From Candidatus Omnitrophota bacterium (GTDB lineage Bacteria > Omnitrophota > Gorgyraeia > Zapsychrales > JANLHA01), in assembly GCA_963662715.1 (NCBI GenBank), contig OY759724.1:2670001-2702000 (forward strand): 32,000 bases of DNA, in the 5' to 3' direction. Positions 1 through 8,489 of the stretch are shown here, one piece after another. The notes under the pieces were generated by a model. It did no database searches. It saw only the letters and a program-made list of their open reading frames with translations, and was not told where the DNA came from. The translations under genes were made by a program, and so were the position numbers. The stretch's first letter is position 1. Every line of letters starts with the position of its first letter.

Positions 1-897
1 GTATCCGTGGGTAATCTGGATGAAAGGCTGGATATTGCGAGAAAGGATGAAATAGGCGAACTTTTTGAGTCATTTAACAGGATGACAGTCAAGTTGAAGG
101 AAGCCAAACATTCTGAGAAGCTTTCCACAATCGGAAAAGCAGCGACGGCTATTGCCCATGAACTCAAGAATTCCTTGGTGATGGTTAATGCCTATATTGA
201 TTTATTGCCGGAACGCCATATGAACCGGAAGTTTATACAAGACTTTTCTAAGAATGTATCCGAGGAGCTCGATTCCTGGAAAGCCATGTTGCAGAATATG
301 ATGGAATATTCCAAGTTTTTTAAGTTTAGAATGGAAAAATTGGACGTCAATGAGTTGATGGTGGATATTAAAAGTCTGGCTTATCAGCGGACCCAGCAGA
401 AAGGCGTTGATTTGATGATGCATGCGGGGTCTTTTATCCCGCCTGTTATCGGTAATGCGGCAAAATTGAAAGAGGTCCTGACGAATTTAATCAATAATGC
501 GGTAGATGCGACCTCTCCGGGAGGAGTGATTACGCTATCGATGGATTTCCTTGAGCAAGCATCAGAGTGGGGCAAACCCCATGTGCGGATTCAGGTCATT
601 GATTCCGGAGAAGGCATAGCGGAAGAAGATATCGATAATATATTTGAACCTTTTTATACAACCAAAGAAAGCGGGCTGGGATTAGGGCTGGCCATCAGCA
701 AAAAGATCATTGAATATCATGGCGGAACCCTTGAAGCCATGAAAGGTCGCTCAAAAGGGGCGGTCTTTACCATTCGGCTTCCGATCCTTAAGAAATTTTA
801 TGAACGCCGAAATCAGCAGGGGAAGGAGGATGGCTTTAAGGCATCTTTGCCCGGCAGGAACCAAAGAGGCGGTTATAAAAACTTTTTGAAACAGTGA
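1..897 (+). CDS. Sensor histidine kinase, 3' portion (end of HAMP - HisKA - HATPase_c); 5' end lies outside the window
   Basis: The frame is open from base 1. HAMP-like DEIGELFESFNRM, H-box IAHELKNSL, N-box NLINNAVDA, G1 DSGEGI, G2 GLGLGLAISKKIIEYHGG. Stop at 895-897. Confidence 0.9.
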   Translation, partial: VSVGNLDERLDIARKDEIGELFESFNRMTVKLKEAKHSEKLSTIGKAATAIAHELKNSLVMVNAYIDLLPERHMNRKFIQDFSKNVSEELDSWKAMLQNMMEYSKFFKFRMEKLDVNELMVDIKSLAYQRTQQKGVDLMMHAGSFIPPVIGNAAKLKEVLTNLINNAVDATSPGGVITLSMDFLEQASEWGKPHVRIQVIDSGEGIAEEDIDNIFEPFYTTKESGLGLGLAISKKIIEYHGGTLEAMKGRSKGAVFTIRLPILKKFYERRNQQGKEDGFKASLPGRNQRGGYKNFLKQ

Positions 898-964
898 AAA
901 GCTTAATTCTAACGTAATTTCCCTTAAAGGCTGTGGCCTGTGAAAGGGAGGAAAGGCTGGGGAT

Positions 965-1672
965 ATGCTTTCAGACAAGATTCTGGTTATTGACGACGAT
1001 CCCAAAATTATCCAGACGATTGATTTGATTTTCCGAGAATACGACATCATTGGTTTTCAGGACGGGAAAAGGGCCATAGAATATCTAAAAAAACCTAATA
1101 ATGTCCTGATCGTTCTGCTTGATGTCTGCATGAAGACGATCAACGGACTGGACGTTCTGCAGGAGATTAAAAGGATCGACAAAAATATTGCCGTTATTAT
1201 GATGACGGCTTTCGGAACCAAGGAAGTCGTGCTTGAAGCCTTGCGGGGGCATGCAGATGACTTCTTGGACAAGCCTTTCCATGTTGATGATTTAAGATAC
1301 AAAGTGAAGATTCATCTTAAAGACCGGATGTTGAAATGTCATGTCGGAGAGAACAGCCGGGTTGAACGGATCAAACGTTATATTGAAAGAAATTCTGACG
1401 TTGTCTCTCTTGAGCATGTCGCGGAAGAGTTGAATTTAAGCCCCCAGTATGTCAGCCGGTTTTTTAGAGAGCACAATATTAAGGGATTCAGGGATTATAA
1501 AATTGAAATTAAGCTCACCCGGGCAAAACATTTGCTTAAAAATACAACTTTCTCCGTAAGCCAGATTGGAGAACAGCTGGGGTATCAGAACCCCGAATCA
1601 TTTATGAGAATTTTTAAGAAGAACACCCAGGTCACCCCTTCGCAATTCAGAGAACGGGCCCTGGATTCTTAG
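965..1672 (+). CDS. Response regulator, receiver domain + AraC/XylS-type HTH output
   Basis: REC motifs: ILVIDDD, LLDVCMKTINGLDVL (acceptor Asp), DFLDKPF. The C-terminal half has AraC-like twin HTH (LSPQYVSRFFRE ... SVSQIGEQLGYQNPESFMRIFKK). Purine-rich gggaggaaagg lies upstream. Confidence 0.88.
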   Translation: MLSDKILVIDDDPKIIQTIDLIFREYDIIGFQDGKRAIEYLKKPNNVLIVLLDVCMKTINGLDVLQEIKRIDKNIAVIMMTAFGTKEVVLEALRGHADDFLDKPFHVDDLRYKVKIHLKDRMLKCHVGENSRVERIKRYIERNSDVVSLEHVAEELNLSPQYVSRFFREHNIKGFRDYKIEIKLTRAKHLLKNTTFSVSQIGEQLGYQNPESFMRIFKKNTQVTPSQFRERALDS

Positions 1673-1935
1673 GCCGTCAGGATTTCCTCCCGGTCCCGAA
1701 TCAGTTTTTCCTCAGGTCATTTGAGGGCAATAACGGATTTTTTGCATTTATTCCCCTGCTGTGAGCATGAATTTTTAGGGGAGTTTAAGAAAAGTCAGTT
1801 TAAAGCCTTCTTGTCCTATTTACATATTTTAAAAACGTATTATAACTATTTTATGAACGCAGCCGTAGGCCGCGGATTAACTTTGTCCTATGAAGGTGAG
1901 AATGATCTATCGTTCCCATATCAAGGAGATGAGAC

Positions 1936-3414
1936 ATGTTGAAACCTATTAAAACGCTTTTAATTGAAGATGACCAGAGCAGTGCGGATCTTATTTCGGA
2001 ATTCCTGCGACAAAATCATTGCCGGGCCTCAGTTTGTCACGTCGGTTCAATCAAGGAGTCGGTCGATTGCCTTAAAAATGAGACGTTTGATGTGATACTG
2101 CTGGATTTGACCCTCCCGGACAGCGAGGGCATGAATACCCTTGATAGCATTACTCGGGTCAACACGGTTCTGCCTATCGTTATTTTAACCGGCCTTAATG
2201 ACGAAAGCCTTGCTGTAGAAATGATCAAAAAGGGAGCCCAGGATTATTTGGTGAAAGGGCAGTTCAACAGTTCATTGCTGATGAGGGTGATTCAATATGC
2301 TATTGAGCGAAAAATTATCGAACAGGCGCTTCGTATTTCCGAGCAGGAATGGAGAAAAACGTTTAATGCCATTTCTGACAGGATCTTTATTCAGGATGAG
2401 GATTTTCGAATAGTAAAAATGAACAAAGCCTTTGCCCAGACCATGAAATTGAACCCGGAAGATATTTTCGGAAAAAAATGCCATGAAGTCCTGCACGGGA
2501 GTGATCAGCCGATACCGCAATGTCCCTGCGTTAAGACCCGCTGCGATGGAATCTCTCACTGTGAAGAAATCCTGGATACGGAAACCGGGCAGTCTTTCCA
2601 GGTCACAACGTCACCGATTATCGAAAATAGTCTTTATAAAGGCGCTGTTCACATCGCCCGGGATATCACATCTCAAAAAAAGACGGACGAAGAATTGAAG
2701 GATATTCAGGCCCAGCTGCTGCAATTGGAGAAGATGGCTGTCCTTGGTCAGATGTCCGCGGGCATAACTCATGAGATTAAGAACCCTTTGTCGACGATTT
2801 TATTAAGTATAGACTGCATCAAAACAAAAATGGGAGGGAAGGACCCTATCCAGATAAAAGAGCTGCTCAATCTTCTGGAAGAGTCGGCTCAGCGTATTAA
2901 TAAAGTCATCAACGAATTATTAAGCTTTGTGCGAACTCCGAATATCAAGGTCCAGAGGGTTAATTTGCACAGGGCGATAGACACGGCTATTTCCCTGCTG
3001 GACAATAAGGCCAGGCACAAGAACGTGATTTGTGAAAAATATTATTCGAAGGAAGATATTGAAATTAATGCCGATAAACTGCTGATAGAACAGGTGTTTT
3101 ATAATCTGCTTTCCAACGCCGTTGATGCCATGGAACCCGGGGGACGCATCAAATTGAGAACAGAATGCCCGGGGATGTCCGGGGGAGAAATGGTTGATGT
3201 CGAAATCTCCGATACCGGATGCGGCATGACAGACGAGGAAATCGTTAAAATTTTTGAACCTTTCTTTACCACCAAGGATTATGGCAAAGGGACGGGGCTT
3301 GGATTAAGTATCGTCAAAATGGTCGTGGAAAAACATAAAGGTTCTATTAACGTGGTCAGTCAAAAAGGTTCCGGCACATCCTTTACTGTCAGCCTTCCGG
3401 TCAGTGCCGGTTAA
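1936..3414 (+). CDS. Hybrid sensor: N-terminal receiver - PAS (Cys/His-rich) - HisKA - HATPase_c histidine kinase
   Basis: REC: TLLIEDDQ, ILLDLTLPDSEGMNTL, DYLVKG. PAS-like WRKTFNAISDRIFIQDEDFRIVKMNKAF. H-box ITHEIKNPLS, N-box NLLSNAVDAM, G1 DTGCGM, G2 GTGLGLSIVKMVVEKHKGSI. RBS aaggag lies before the ATG. Confidence 0.9.
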   Translation: MLKPIKTLLIEDDQSSADLISEFLRQNHCRASVCHVGSIKESVDCLKNETFDVILLDLTLPDSEGMNTLDSITRVNTVLPIVILTGLNDESLAVEMIKKGAQDYLVKGQFNSSLLMRVIQYAIERKIIEQALRISEQEWRKTFNAISDRIFIQDEDFRIVKMNKAFAQTMKLNPEDIFGKKCHEVLHGSDQPIPQCPCVKTRCDGISHCEEILDTETGQSFQVTTSPIIENSLYKGAVHIARDITSQKKTDEELKDIQAQLLQLEKMAVLGQMSAGITHEIKNPLSTILLSIDCIKTKMGGKDPIQIKELLNLLEESAQRINKVINELLSFVRTPNIKVQRVNLHRAIDTAISLLDNKARHKNVICEKYYSKEDIEINADKLLIEQVFYNLLSNAVDAMEPGGRIKLRTECPGMSGGEMVDVEISDTGCGMTDEEIVKIFEPFFTTKDYGKGTGLGLSIVKMVVEKHKGSINVVSQKGSGTSFTVSLPVSAG

Positions 3415-3427
3415 AAAAGGGGAATAT

Positions 3428-3901
3428 ATGCCGTTCAGGAAAATTGTTGTTATTGATGATGAAAAAGATATCTGTCGTCTCATGAGAAGCATTTTAACCG
3501 AACTGGGCGATTATGAAGTCTTTGTCGCTTACAACGGGTCGATGGGGATGGCCCGATGCCTGACAGAGAAACCCGATATCATTTTTCTCGATTATGTTAT
3601 GCCCCAGGAGAAAGGCAGCACGATGATTAAGCTTTTTAAGAGAAATAGGATCACCCAAAATACGCCTATTATTGTCATGAGCGGGTTAGGGGAAGCCATC
3701 ACATTCGAAGAAAAGGAGTCATGGAGTTGGCTGACGGATTATTTGGATAATTTGGACCCCGACCAGGAATTGGATGCGGTTAAAATTCCCGAAGAGATCG
3801 CCCGGTCCCTGGGCATTCGAGTCTACCTGCCTAAGCCGTTTAACAAAGAAGCTATTGCCCTGGCCCTTTCCTATATCCTGACGAAAGATGCCTCCGTATA
3901 G
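3428..3901 (+). CDS. Single-domain response regulator (CheY-like receiver) with an insertion before beta5
   Basis: VVIDDEKD, IIFLDYVMPQEKG, IIVMSG, YLPKPF. I chose the ATG at 3428 (aaaaggggaatat ATG) over the track start at 3404, which overlaps the upstream kinase. About 49 aa separate MSG from KPF, versus about 20 in typical receivers. Confidence 0.8.
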   Translation: MPFRKIVVIDDEKDICRLMRSILTELGDYEVFVAYNGSMGMARCLTEKPDIIFLDYVMPQEKGSTMIKLFKRNRITQNTPIIVMSGLGEAITFEEKESWSWLTDYLDNLDPDQELDAVKIPEEIARSLGIRVYLPKPFNKEAIALALSYILTKDASV

Positions 3902-4171
3902 ATGAATGAGCAAGAAACTGCTTTCCTGCCTCATACATCCTCATAAAAAGTTCCCGTATAAATATTACAGATGTTGACGTTCTTCTTTTAAACTCCCAAG
4001 GTGCTGAAAGTTTTCATTTCCTGGTGATTACCTGCTCGAAAGGTCTTTGTTTTTGATAATCAATCCTAAGAGGCGGAGGCGGCGCTTTTGAATAAAATAC
4101 TTCCTAATTTCTTTGTTATGGTTTAAACTACAATGGGCTTTTGATAACTTAAATTTTTATTAATATTAATA

Positions 4172-4972
4172 ATGAAATATTTCATTTTAATACTATTTAA
4201 TGCATTTTTGCTTTTTATCTTTATATCACAAGGGACTTTTGTCCAGGCGTCCATTCTTTATCAGGATTTTGAGCCTAACAACGGCACGCCGGCGAAACCG
4301 GCCTCTGATTCTCAAGATCCAGAATATGGCTGGGCTTTTAACGAGGCTGATGCGAGATTATCCCTGGATGGAGAACCTGTTCAGGCCGGGCTGTATTCCT
4401 GGCGGGTCGGGATCCCCTTTGCTGAAAAACTTGACTCGGGCAGTGGAATCGCCTCCCAAACCCAGACCTATAATATGAATTTTATCCCGGAATGCTTTGA
4501 TCGTTTAACATTCTGGATCTATTCCGAACCCCTGCATCCCGGGGCGCATACCGTCATGGTTAAATTTTTTGACCACGGAAAATATCATGATGAAGGTGTC
4601 GGGGTCTGGACCGCGGGGAAGGCTGCGCCGAATCAATGGGTTCGGCTGGAAATATTATTTGATCAACTGCCCGCGGACTTTGACCTGGCCCATGTTGACA
4701 AAATTGAGTTTTTTAATTATTGGGACGGCATTTACTATTATGACGACATTCTCATTGCTTCCGCGCAGGGAGAGGGGGAAGATGCGGCTTGCCTGGAGAC
4801 CGAAGGGTATGTCGTTTGTCATGAAGACCCTTTGAGGTCAGACAAGACGAAGAGTCTTTGTGTTTCTGTTTACAGCGGTCATGGCGAACAGTTGACGGAT
4901 TATTCATATATCAAAAGCAAGAAACGGTTAAGGATTTTTGACCGGTTGCAGTCTTCGAAAGAGAAGAATTGA
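4172..4972 (+). CDS. Secreted hypothetical protein, probable galactose-binding/CBM-like beta-sandwich
   Basis: Signal peptide MKYFILILFNAFLLFIFISQGTFVQA. The pattern W..NEADARLS ... LTFWIYS ... NQWVRLEILFDQLP ... VDKIEFFNYWDGIYYYDDILI resembles CBM11/CIA30-like sandwich domains. The upstream region is very AT-rich. The fold call is tentative. Confidence 0.7.
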   Translation: MKYFILILFNAFLLFIFISQGTFVQASILYQDFEPNNGTPAKPASDSQDPEYGWAFNEADARLSLDGEPVQAGLYSWRVGIPFAEKLDSGSGIASQTQTYNMNFIPECFDRLTFWIYSEPLHPGAHTVMVKFFDHGKYHDEGVGVWTAGKAAPNQWVRLEILFDQLPADFDLAHVDKIEFFNYWDGIYYYDDILIASAQGEGEDAACLETEGYVVCHEDPLRSDKTKSLCVSVYSGHGEQLTDYSYIKSKKRLRIFDRLQSSKEKN

Positions 4973-4990
4973 AAAGGGGACGAGTGGCCC

Positions 4991-5596
4991 ATGGATGAAC
5001 AGGTCCTGTTGGAAAATTGCCTGGAGGGGAATAAAGCAGGGTGGGATGAATTCATGGAGAAATATTCCCCGCTCATTTACGACTCCATCTTAAGAACGTT
5101 CCGCCGCTTTAATTACCAGGCTACACACGAGATGCTGGCTGACGTTCATCATGATTTCATCGTTTATCTGCTGGAGAATGATCATAAGATTTTAGGAGGT
5201 TTTGAAGGCCGCAATGGATGCCGATTTAAGCATTATCTGAGAACGGTTGTGATCCGTAAAACCATTGATTTCTTGAGAAAGTCCAAGCAGGGCGGGCGTC
5301 CCCAGCGGGTGATGAGCATCAATTCGCAGAATGAGGCGGCCGTGCATCAGGCCCTCCCGATCACGTCTTTTGAGCAGGATATTGATACCCGGTTAATTCT
5401 GCAGGCCGCGAATGAGATTTTTGATGAATTAAACAGCAACGAAAAAGATTTATGGCGGATGTTCTTTTCAGAAGAAATGAATCCTAAGGATATTGCTTTT
5501 CATCTGGGGATATCGGTTGACTGCTTCTATGTCCGAAAACAAAGATTATTAAGGAAACTCAAGACTTTAGCCGCGCGTAAGAATTTAACCTTTTAA
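4991..5596 (+). CDS. ECF-type (group 4) sigma-70 family sigma factor
   Basis: Region 2-like WDEFMEKYSPLIYDSILRTF ... ADVHHDFIVYLLEN ... FKHYLRTVVIRKTIDFLRK. Region 4.2 HTH MNPKDIAFHLGISVDCFYVRKQRLLRKLK. Starts 18 nt after the upstream gene. Confidence 0.85.
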   Translation: MDEQVLLENCLEGNKAGWDEFMEKYSPLIYDSILRTFRRFNYQATHEMLADVHHDFIVYLLENDHKILGGFEGRNGCRFKHYLRTVVIRKTIDFLRKSKQGGRPQRVMSINSQNEAAVHQALPITSFEQDIDTRLILQAANEIFDELNSNEKDLWRMFFSEEMNPKDIAFHLGISVDCFYVRKQRLLRKLKTLAARKNLTF

Positions 5597-5612
5597 TGTT
5601 GCGCATTGCCGG

Positions 5613-6296
5613 GTGACAACGCATATGATCAATAATAATGAGCCTCAAAACGGAGCAGAGCTCACGGATGAGATGCTGACGAGTTACGTTGAAGGCCTTC
5701 TGCCTGATGCCGACCGACAGCGGGTCGAACGTTTTATCTCTCAAAATGTCTTCCTGCATGAGGAGGTGGAGGCTTTAAAGTCCGTTTATCAGGCCCAGCA
5801 GGCCGAGGGACTTAATGTGGTCCCTGATGACATAACGGAAAGGACACAGAAGATACTCGGGGAATATTTTCAGACGGATGTCCTGAAAATTGTCGTATCA
5901 TGGGCGGACAATATATTCAGAGTTATCAAGAGCACCGGAGTCCTTCTCGTGGACCCTCAGGCTGCGGTTAAGCATGCTTTGCGGGACTCCGTGGCCAAGA
6001 GGAATGCCGCCGCTGTTCTGCAGAAGGATTTTCATAGGGCCCGGCTGATTGTCGAACTGTTCCCCCAGGGGGATGCCGCCATGACAGCGACAGTTATCCT
6101 TAAGAATTTTCAGGGACAGCTTGTCCAGACAATTCTGCGGATCACTTTGAAAGATCCTCAGGGAGAGCTGGAATCCCAGGATGTCAGTTCGGGGTACGCT
6201 GAGTTTGCGAATATCAAACCAGGAGAGTATCAGATCGATATCGCAGATTCCGGTCGTCGCATTGGAATGATATCGCTACAAATAAACCATTTATGA
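5613..6296 (+). CDS. Putative anti-sigma factor-like protein (no TM, no zinc ligands) with C-terminal beta-sandwich-like region
   Basis: It sits immediately downstream of the ECF sigma gene. The N-terminus LTDEMLTSYVEGLLPDADRQRVERFISQNVFLHEEVEAL follows the anti-sigma-domain helix pattern but lacks the H-x3-C-x2-C residues. The C-terminus (TLKDPQGELESQDVSSGYAEFANIKPGEYQIDIADSG) resembles carboxypeptidase-regulatory/Ig-like folds. An alternative ATG start lies at 5625. Confidence 0.6.
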   Translation: MTTHMINNNEPQNGAELTDEMLTSYVEGLLPDADRQRVERFISQNVFLHEEVEALKSVYQAQQAEGLNVVPDDITERTQKILGEYFQTDVLKIVVSWADNIFRVIKSTGVLLVDPQAAVKHALRDSVAKRNAAAVLQKDFHRARLIVELFPQGDAAMTATVILKNFQGQLVQTILRITLKDPQGELESQDVSSGYAEFANIKPGEYQIDIADSGRRIGMISLQINHL

Positions 6297-8398
6297 TGGC
6301 AAGTTCTACTTTTATATTGGAAGTTATTATTGCTCGGAAGGCTCTGGCCATGAGTCTTTATGAACGCGATTCCACCATGCGTCATTTTGATGAGGTCCTT
6401 CCCAATCAGCTGGTTATTGAACATTTATGTGCGGAAGCGATCCGTCTTATGAACAAGACGAATGTCTTAGGTCCGGCATCCGTAGGGTTATCATTCGAGT
6501 TGAAGAAAATAGGGCGTGCTCTTTTTGACCAATTGTTGAGTGAAACAGTCAAGGTCAAGTTGATCGACTCTCCGGTAGAGAACCTGATCTTTCTTATGGA
6601 TGAGGCTTTAATCCCCATCCCTTGGGAATTGTTGCATAACGGTCAGCAGTTCCTCTGTCTGCAATACAATGTGGGCCGCTCGGTCCGTACAAAGCGCCCT
6701 TCCTCGAAAACCGCCGAAAGAACCAGCTCATCGCCGATAAAAATGCTTGTCATGGCCGATCCCATCGGGGATCTGGATGAGGCCCGGGCGGAGGCGTTTA
6801 ATATCCGTCAGGAGACAGACCAGAAAAAACATTTTTTTTCTGTGACGACGAAGTTAAAGAAAATAACAGTTGATTATGTCATCAAAAATTTGCAGGACTA
6901 CGATATTGTTCATTTTGCCGGTCATAATGAATTTGACTACCAGAATCCCCTGAACAGCGGGTGGAAATTTTCCGACGGTCTATTCCGGGTTGAGGACGTT
7001 ATTAAAATGAAGGGCGGGGCTGCTATGCCGCTGCTGATATTCTCCAACGCCTGTCAATCGGCGGTTTTATTGCGTGGGCAAAAAGTCATCGGAGAAACAG
7101 GCCGGATATTTTATGGCATTGCGAATGCCTTTTTGCTGGCCGGAGTGAAGCATTTTCTGGGAACGTTATGGGAAATCCCGGATCAGGTTGCGGCTGTTTT
7201 TTCCCGCGAGTTTTATGCGCAGATCTGTGAGGGCATGCCGATCGGGACGGCGATAAGAGAAGCGCGTTTAAAGATTATCCGGGTCTTTGGAGAAGATACG
7301 GTCATCTGGTCCTCCTATGTTTTATATGGGGACCCTTCGGCCCCGGTTGTTTCTCCGGAAATGCTGGCAGCGCCGTCAGGGGAATCGGCTCCGGTTTTTA
7401 CTCCGGTCTCGAAACAGATAGCCATATATGTCGGGATAGGATTGTTCACGCTTTTGGCGTTGGCCGTCTTGGAGAATGTCTCGCGACAAAGATCCCGGCA
7501 GTCTCTTATCCCGGACGTGAATGCCGTATCAGCACAAAAAAAGGTCGAGAAAAAACAGCCCAAAACATCTCCCCAAAAGAAAGACGTCACGCAGGAGGAT
7601 ATTCATGCTGTTTTCTGGCCCCCGGCGGAAAAAATTAATCAGATAATTCATGATCTTAATCTTGACCTCGGCAAGGTTGAGGATCCCAAGGTCCTTTACG
7701 AGTATTATCGTCTTTTGATAGATTCCTATGCCATGGTGAATCAATATCGTCTGGCAACGCTTTATACGGAAGCTGTCATAGAATTGGCTAAGGCTCAGGA
7801 CGATAAAGATGTTTTGGTCGAGGCGTATCTGGAGTGCGCCGATGTCCTGCTGGAAGAATTTGTGTATTTCCGGCTTCCTATCGAATCAGTTGAGGAAAGA
7901 GGCAAGTTCGGGGATGCCGTCAGTAAACAGATTTTAACGAGGATAACAGGCTATTATCAGGAGGGCATGTCCCTGACGGTCGGGAAAGAAAATGTCCGGC
8001 AGCTTCTCCGGGCTTATCAGGGATTAGGAAGAGTCTATAAATATCACGACGACAACAAATCGGCGATTGCTTTTTACGAGAAAGCCGTAGAGATACTTGA
8101 ACAAAGTCCCCAGCTGCCCCGCAGCGAAGTGTATCAGCTGGCCTATGATTATGTGGAGTTAGCCACTCTTTATCTGGAGGAACATAAGGCTTTTGACAGG
8201 GCCCTTGTATATTTAAGCCGTATGGTCAGGCAAATGAATGGCATCTCTCCCACGTCTTTGGAGGACCATGTCATTTTAAAACCCGTTATCCGGAAATTTG
8301 ATCTGCTGCTCCGCGATCTTCATCAAAAAGGCTTGTCATCCACGCAGTTTTATCCTAAGGCTATGCAGTTATACCGGAATCTGAACACAAAACGGTAA
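6293..8398 (+). CDS. CHAT-domain (caspase-fold) protease - single TM - basic linker - TPR-like helical repeats
   Basis: CHAT motifs: IPWELLH, IVHFAGH (His211, nt 6923-6925), LLIFSNACQSA (Cys254, nt 7052-7054), FLLAGVKHFLGTLWEIPD, WSSYVLYGDP. Hydrophobic span IAIYVGIGLFTLLALAVLENV. C-terminal TPR-like AIAFYEKAVEIL / LATLYLEEHKAFDRALVYL. The ATG overlaps the upstream stop (ATGA at 6293-6296). Confidence 0.85.
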   Translation: MMASSTFILEVIIARKALAMSLYERDSTMRHFDEVLPNQLVIEHLCAEAIRLMNKTNVLGPASVGLSFELKKIGRALFDQLLSETVKVKLIDSPVENLIFLMDEALIPIPWELLHNGQQFLCLQYNVGRSVRTKRPSSKTAERTSSSPIKMLVMADPIGDLDEARAEAFNIRQETDQKKHFFSVTTKLKKITVDYVIKNLQDYDIVHFAGHNEFDYQNPLNSGWKFSDGLFRVEDVIKMKGGAAMPLLIFSNACQSAVLLRGQKVIGETGRIFYGIANAFLLAGVKHFLGTLWEIPDQVAAVFSREFYAQICEGMPIGTAIREARLKIIRVFGEDTVIWSSYVLYGDPSAPVVSPEMLAAPSGESAPVFTPVSKQIAIYVGIGLFTLLALAVLENVSRQRSRQSLIPDVNAVSAQKKVEKKQPKTSPQKKDVTQEDIHAVFWPPAEKINQIIHDLNLDLGKVEDPKVLYEYYRLLIDSYAMVNQYRLATLYTEAVIELAKAQDDKDVLVEAYLECADVLLEEFVYFRLPIESVEERGKFGDAVSKQILTRITGYYQEGMSLTVGKENVRQLLRAYQGLGRVYKYHDDNKSAIAFYEKAVEILEQSPQLPRSEVYQLAYDYVELATLYLEEHKAFDRALVYLSRMVRQMNGISPTSLEDHVILKPVIRKFDLLLRDLHQKGLSSTQFYPKAMQLYRNLNTKR

Positions 8399-8489
8399 TA
8401 TTTGTTGTGCAGCATTAAAACAGGAAGATCCAGCGTGGGGGGCAGAAGAATTTTTCCCGGGACCAACAGATGCAGAAATGATTTAATGT

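Noticed and set aside
1721-1942. 73-aa ORF filling the gap between the AraC-type regulator and the hybrid kinase
   Set aside because: It has no RBS, an odd composition, and runs into the start of the next gene. The region looks like an AT-rich promoter/leader (TTTACA-N16-TATAAC around 1820-1850, weak).
4200-4835. Alternative-frame ORFs 4200-4478 and 4569-4835 inside the secreted-protein gene
   Set aside because: They are Arg/Pro-rich out-of-frame translations. The 4172-4972 frame has a clean signal peptide and a coherent beta-rich sequence.
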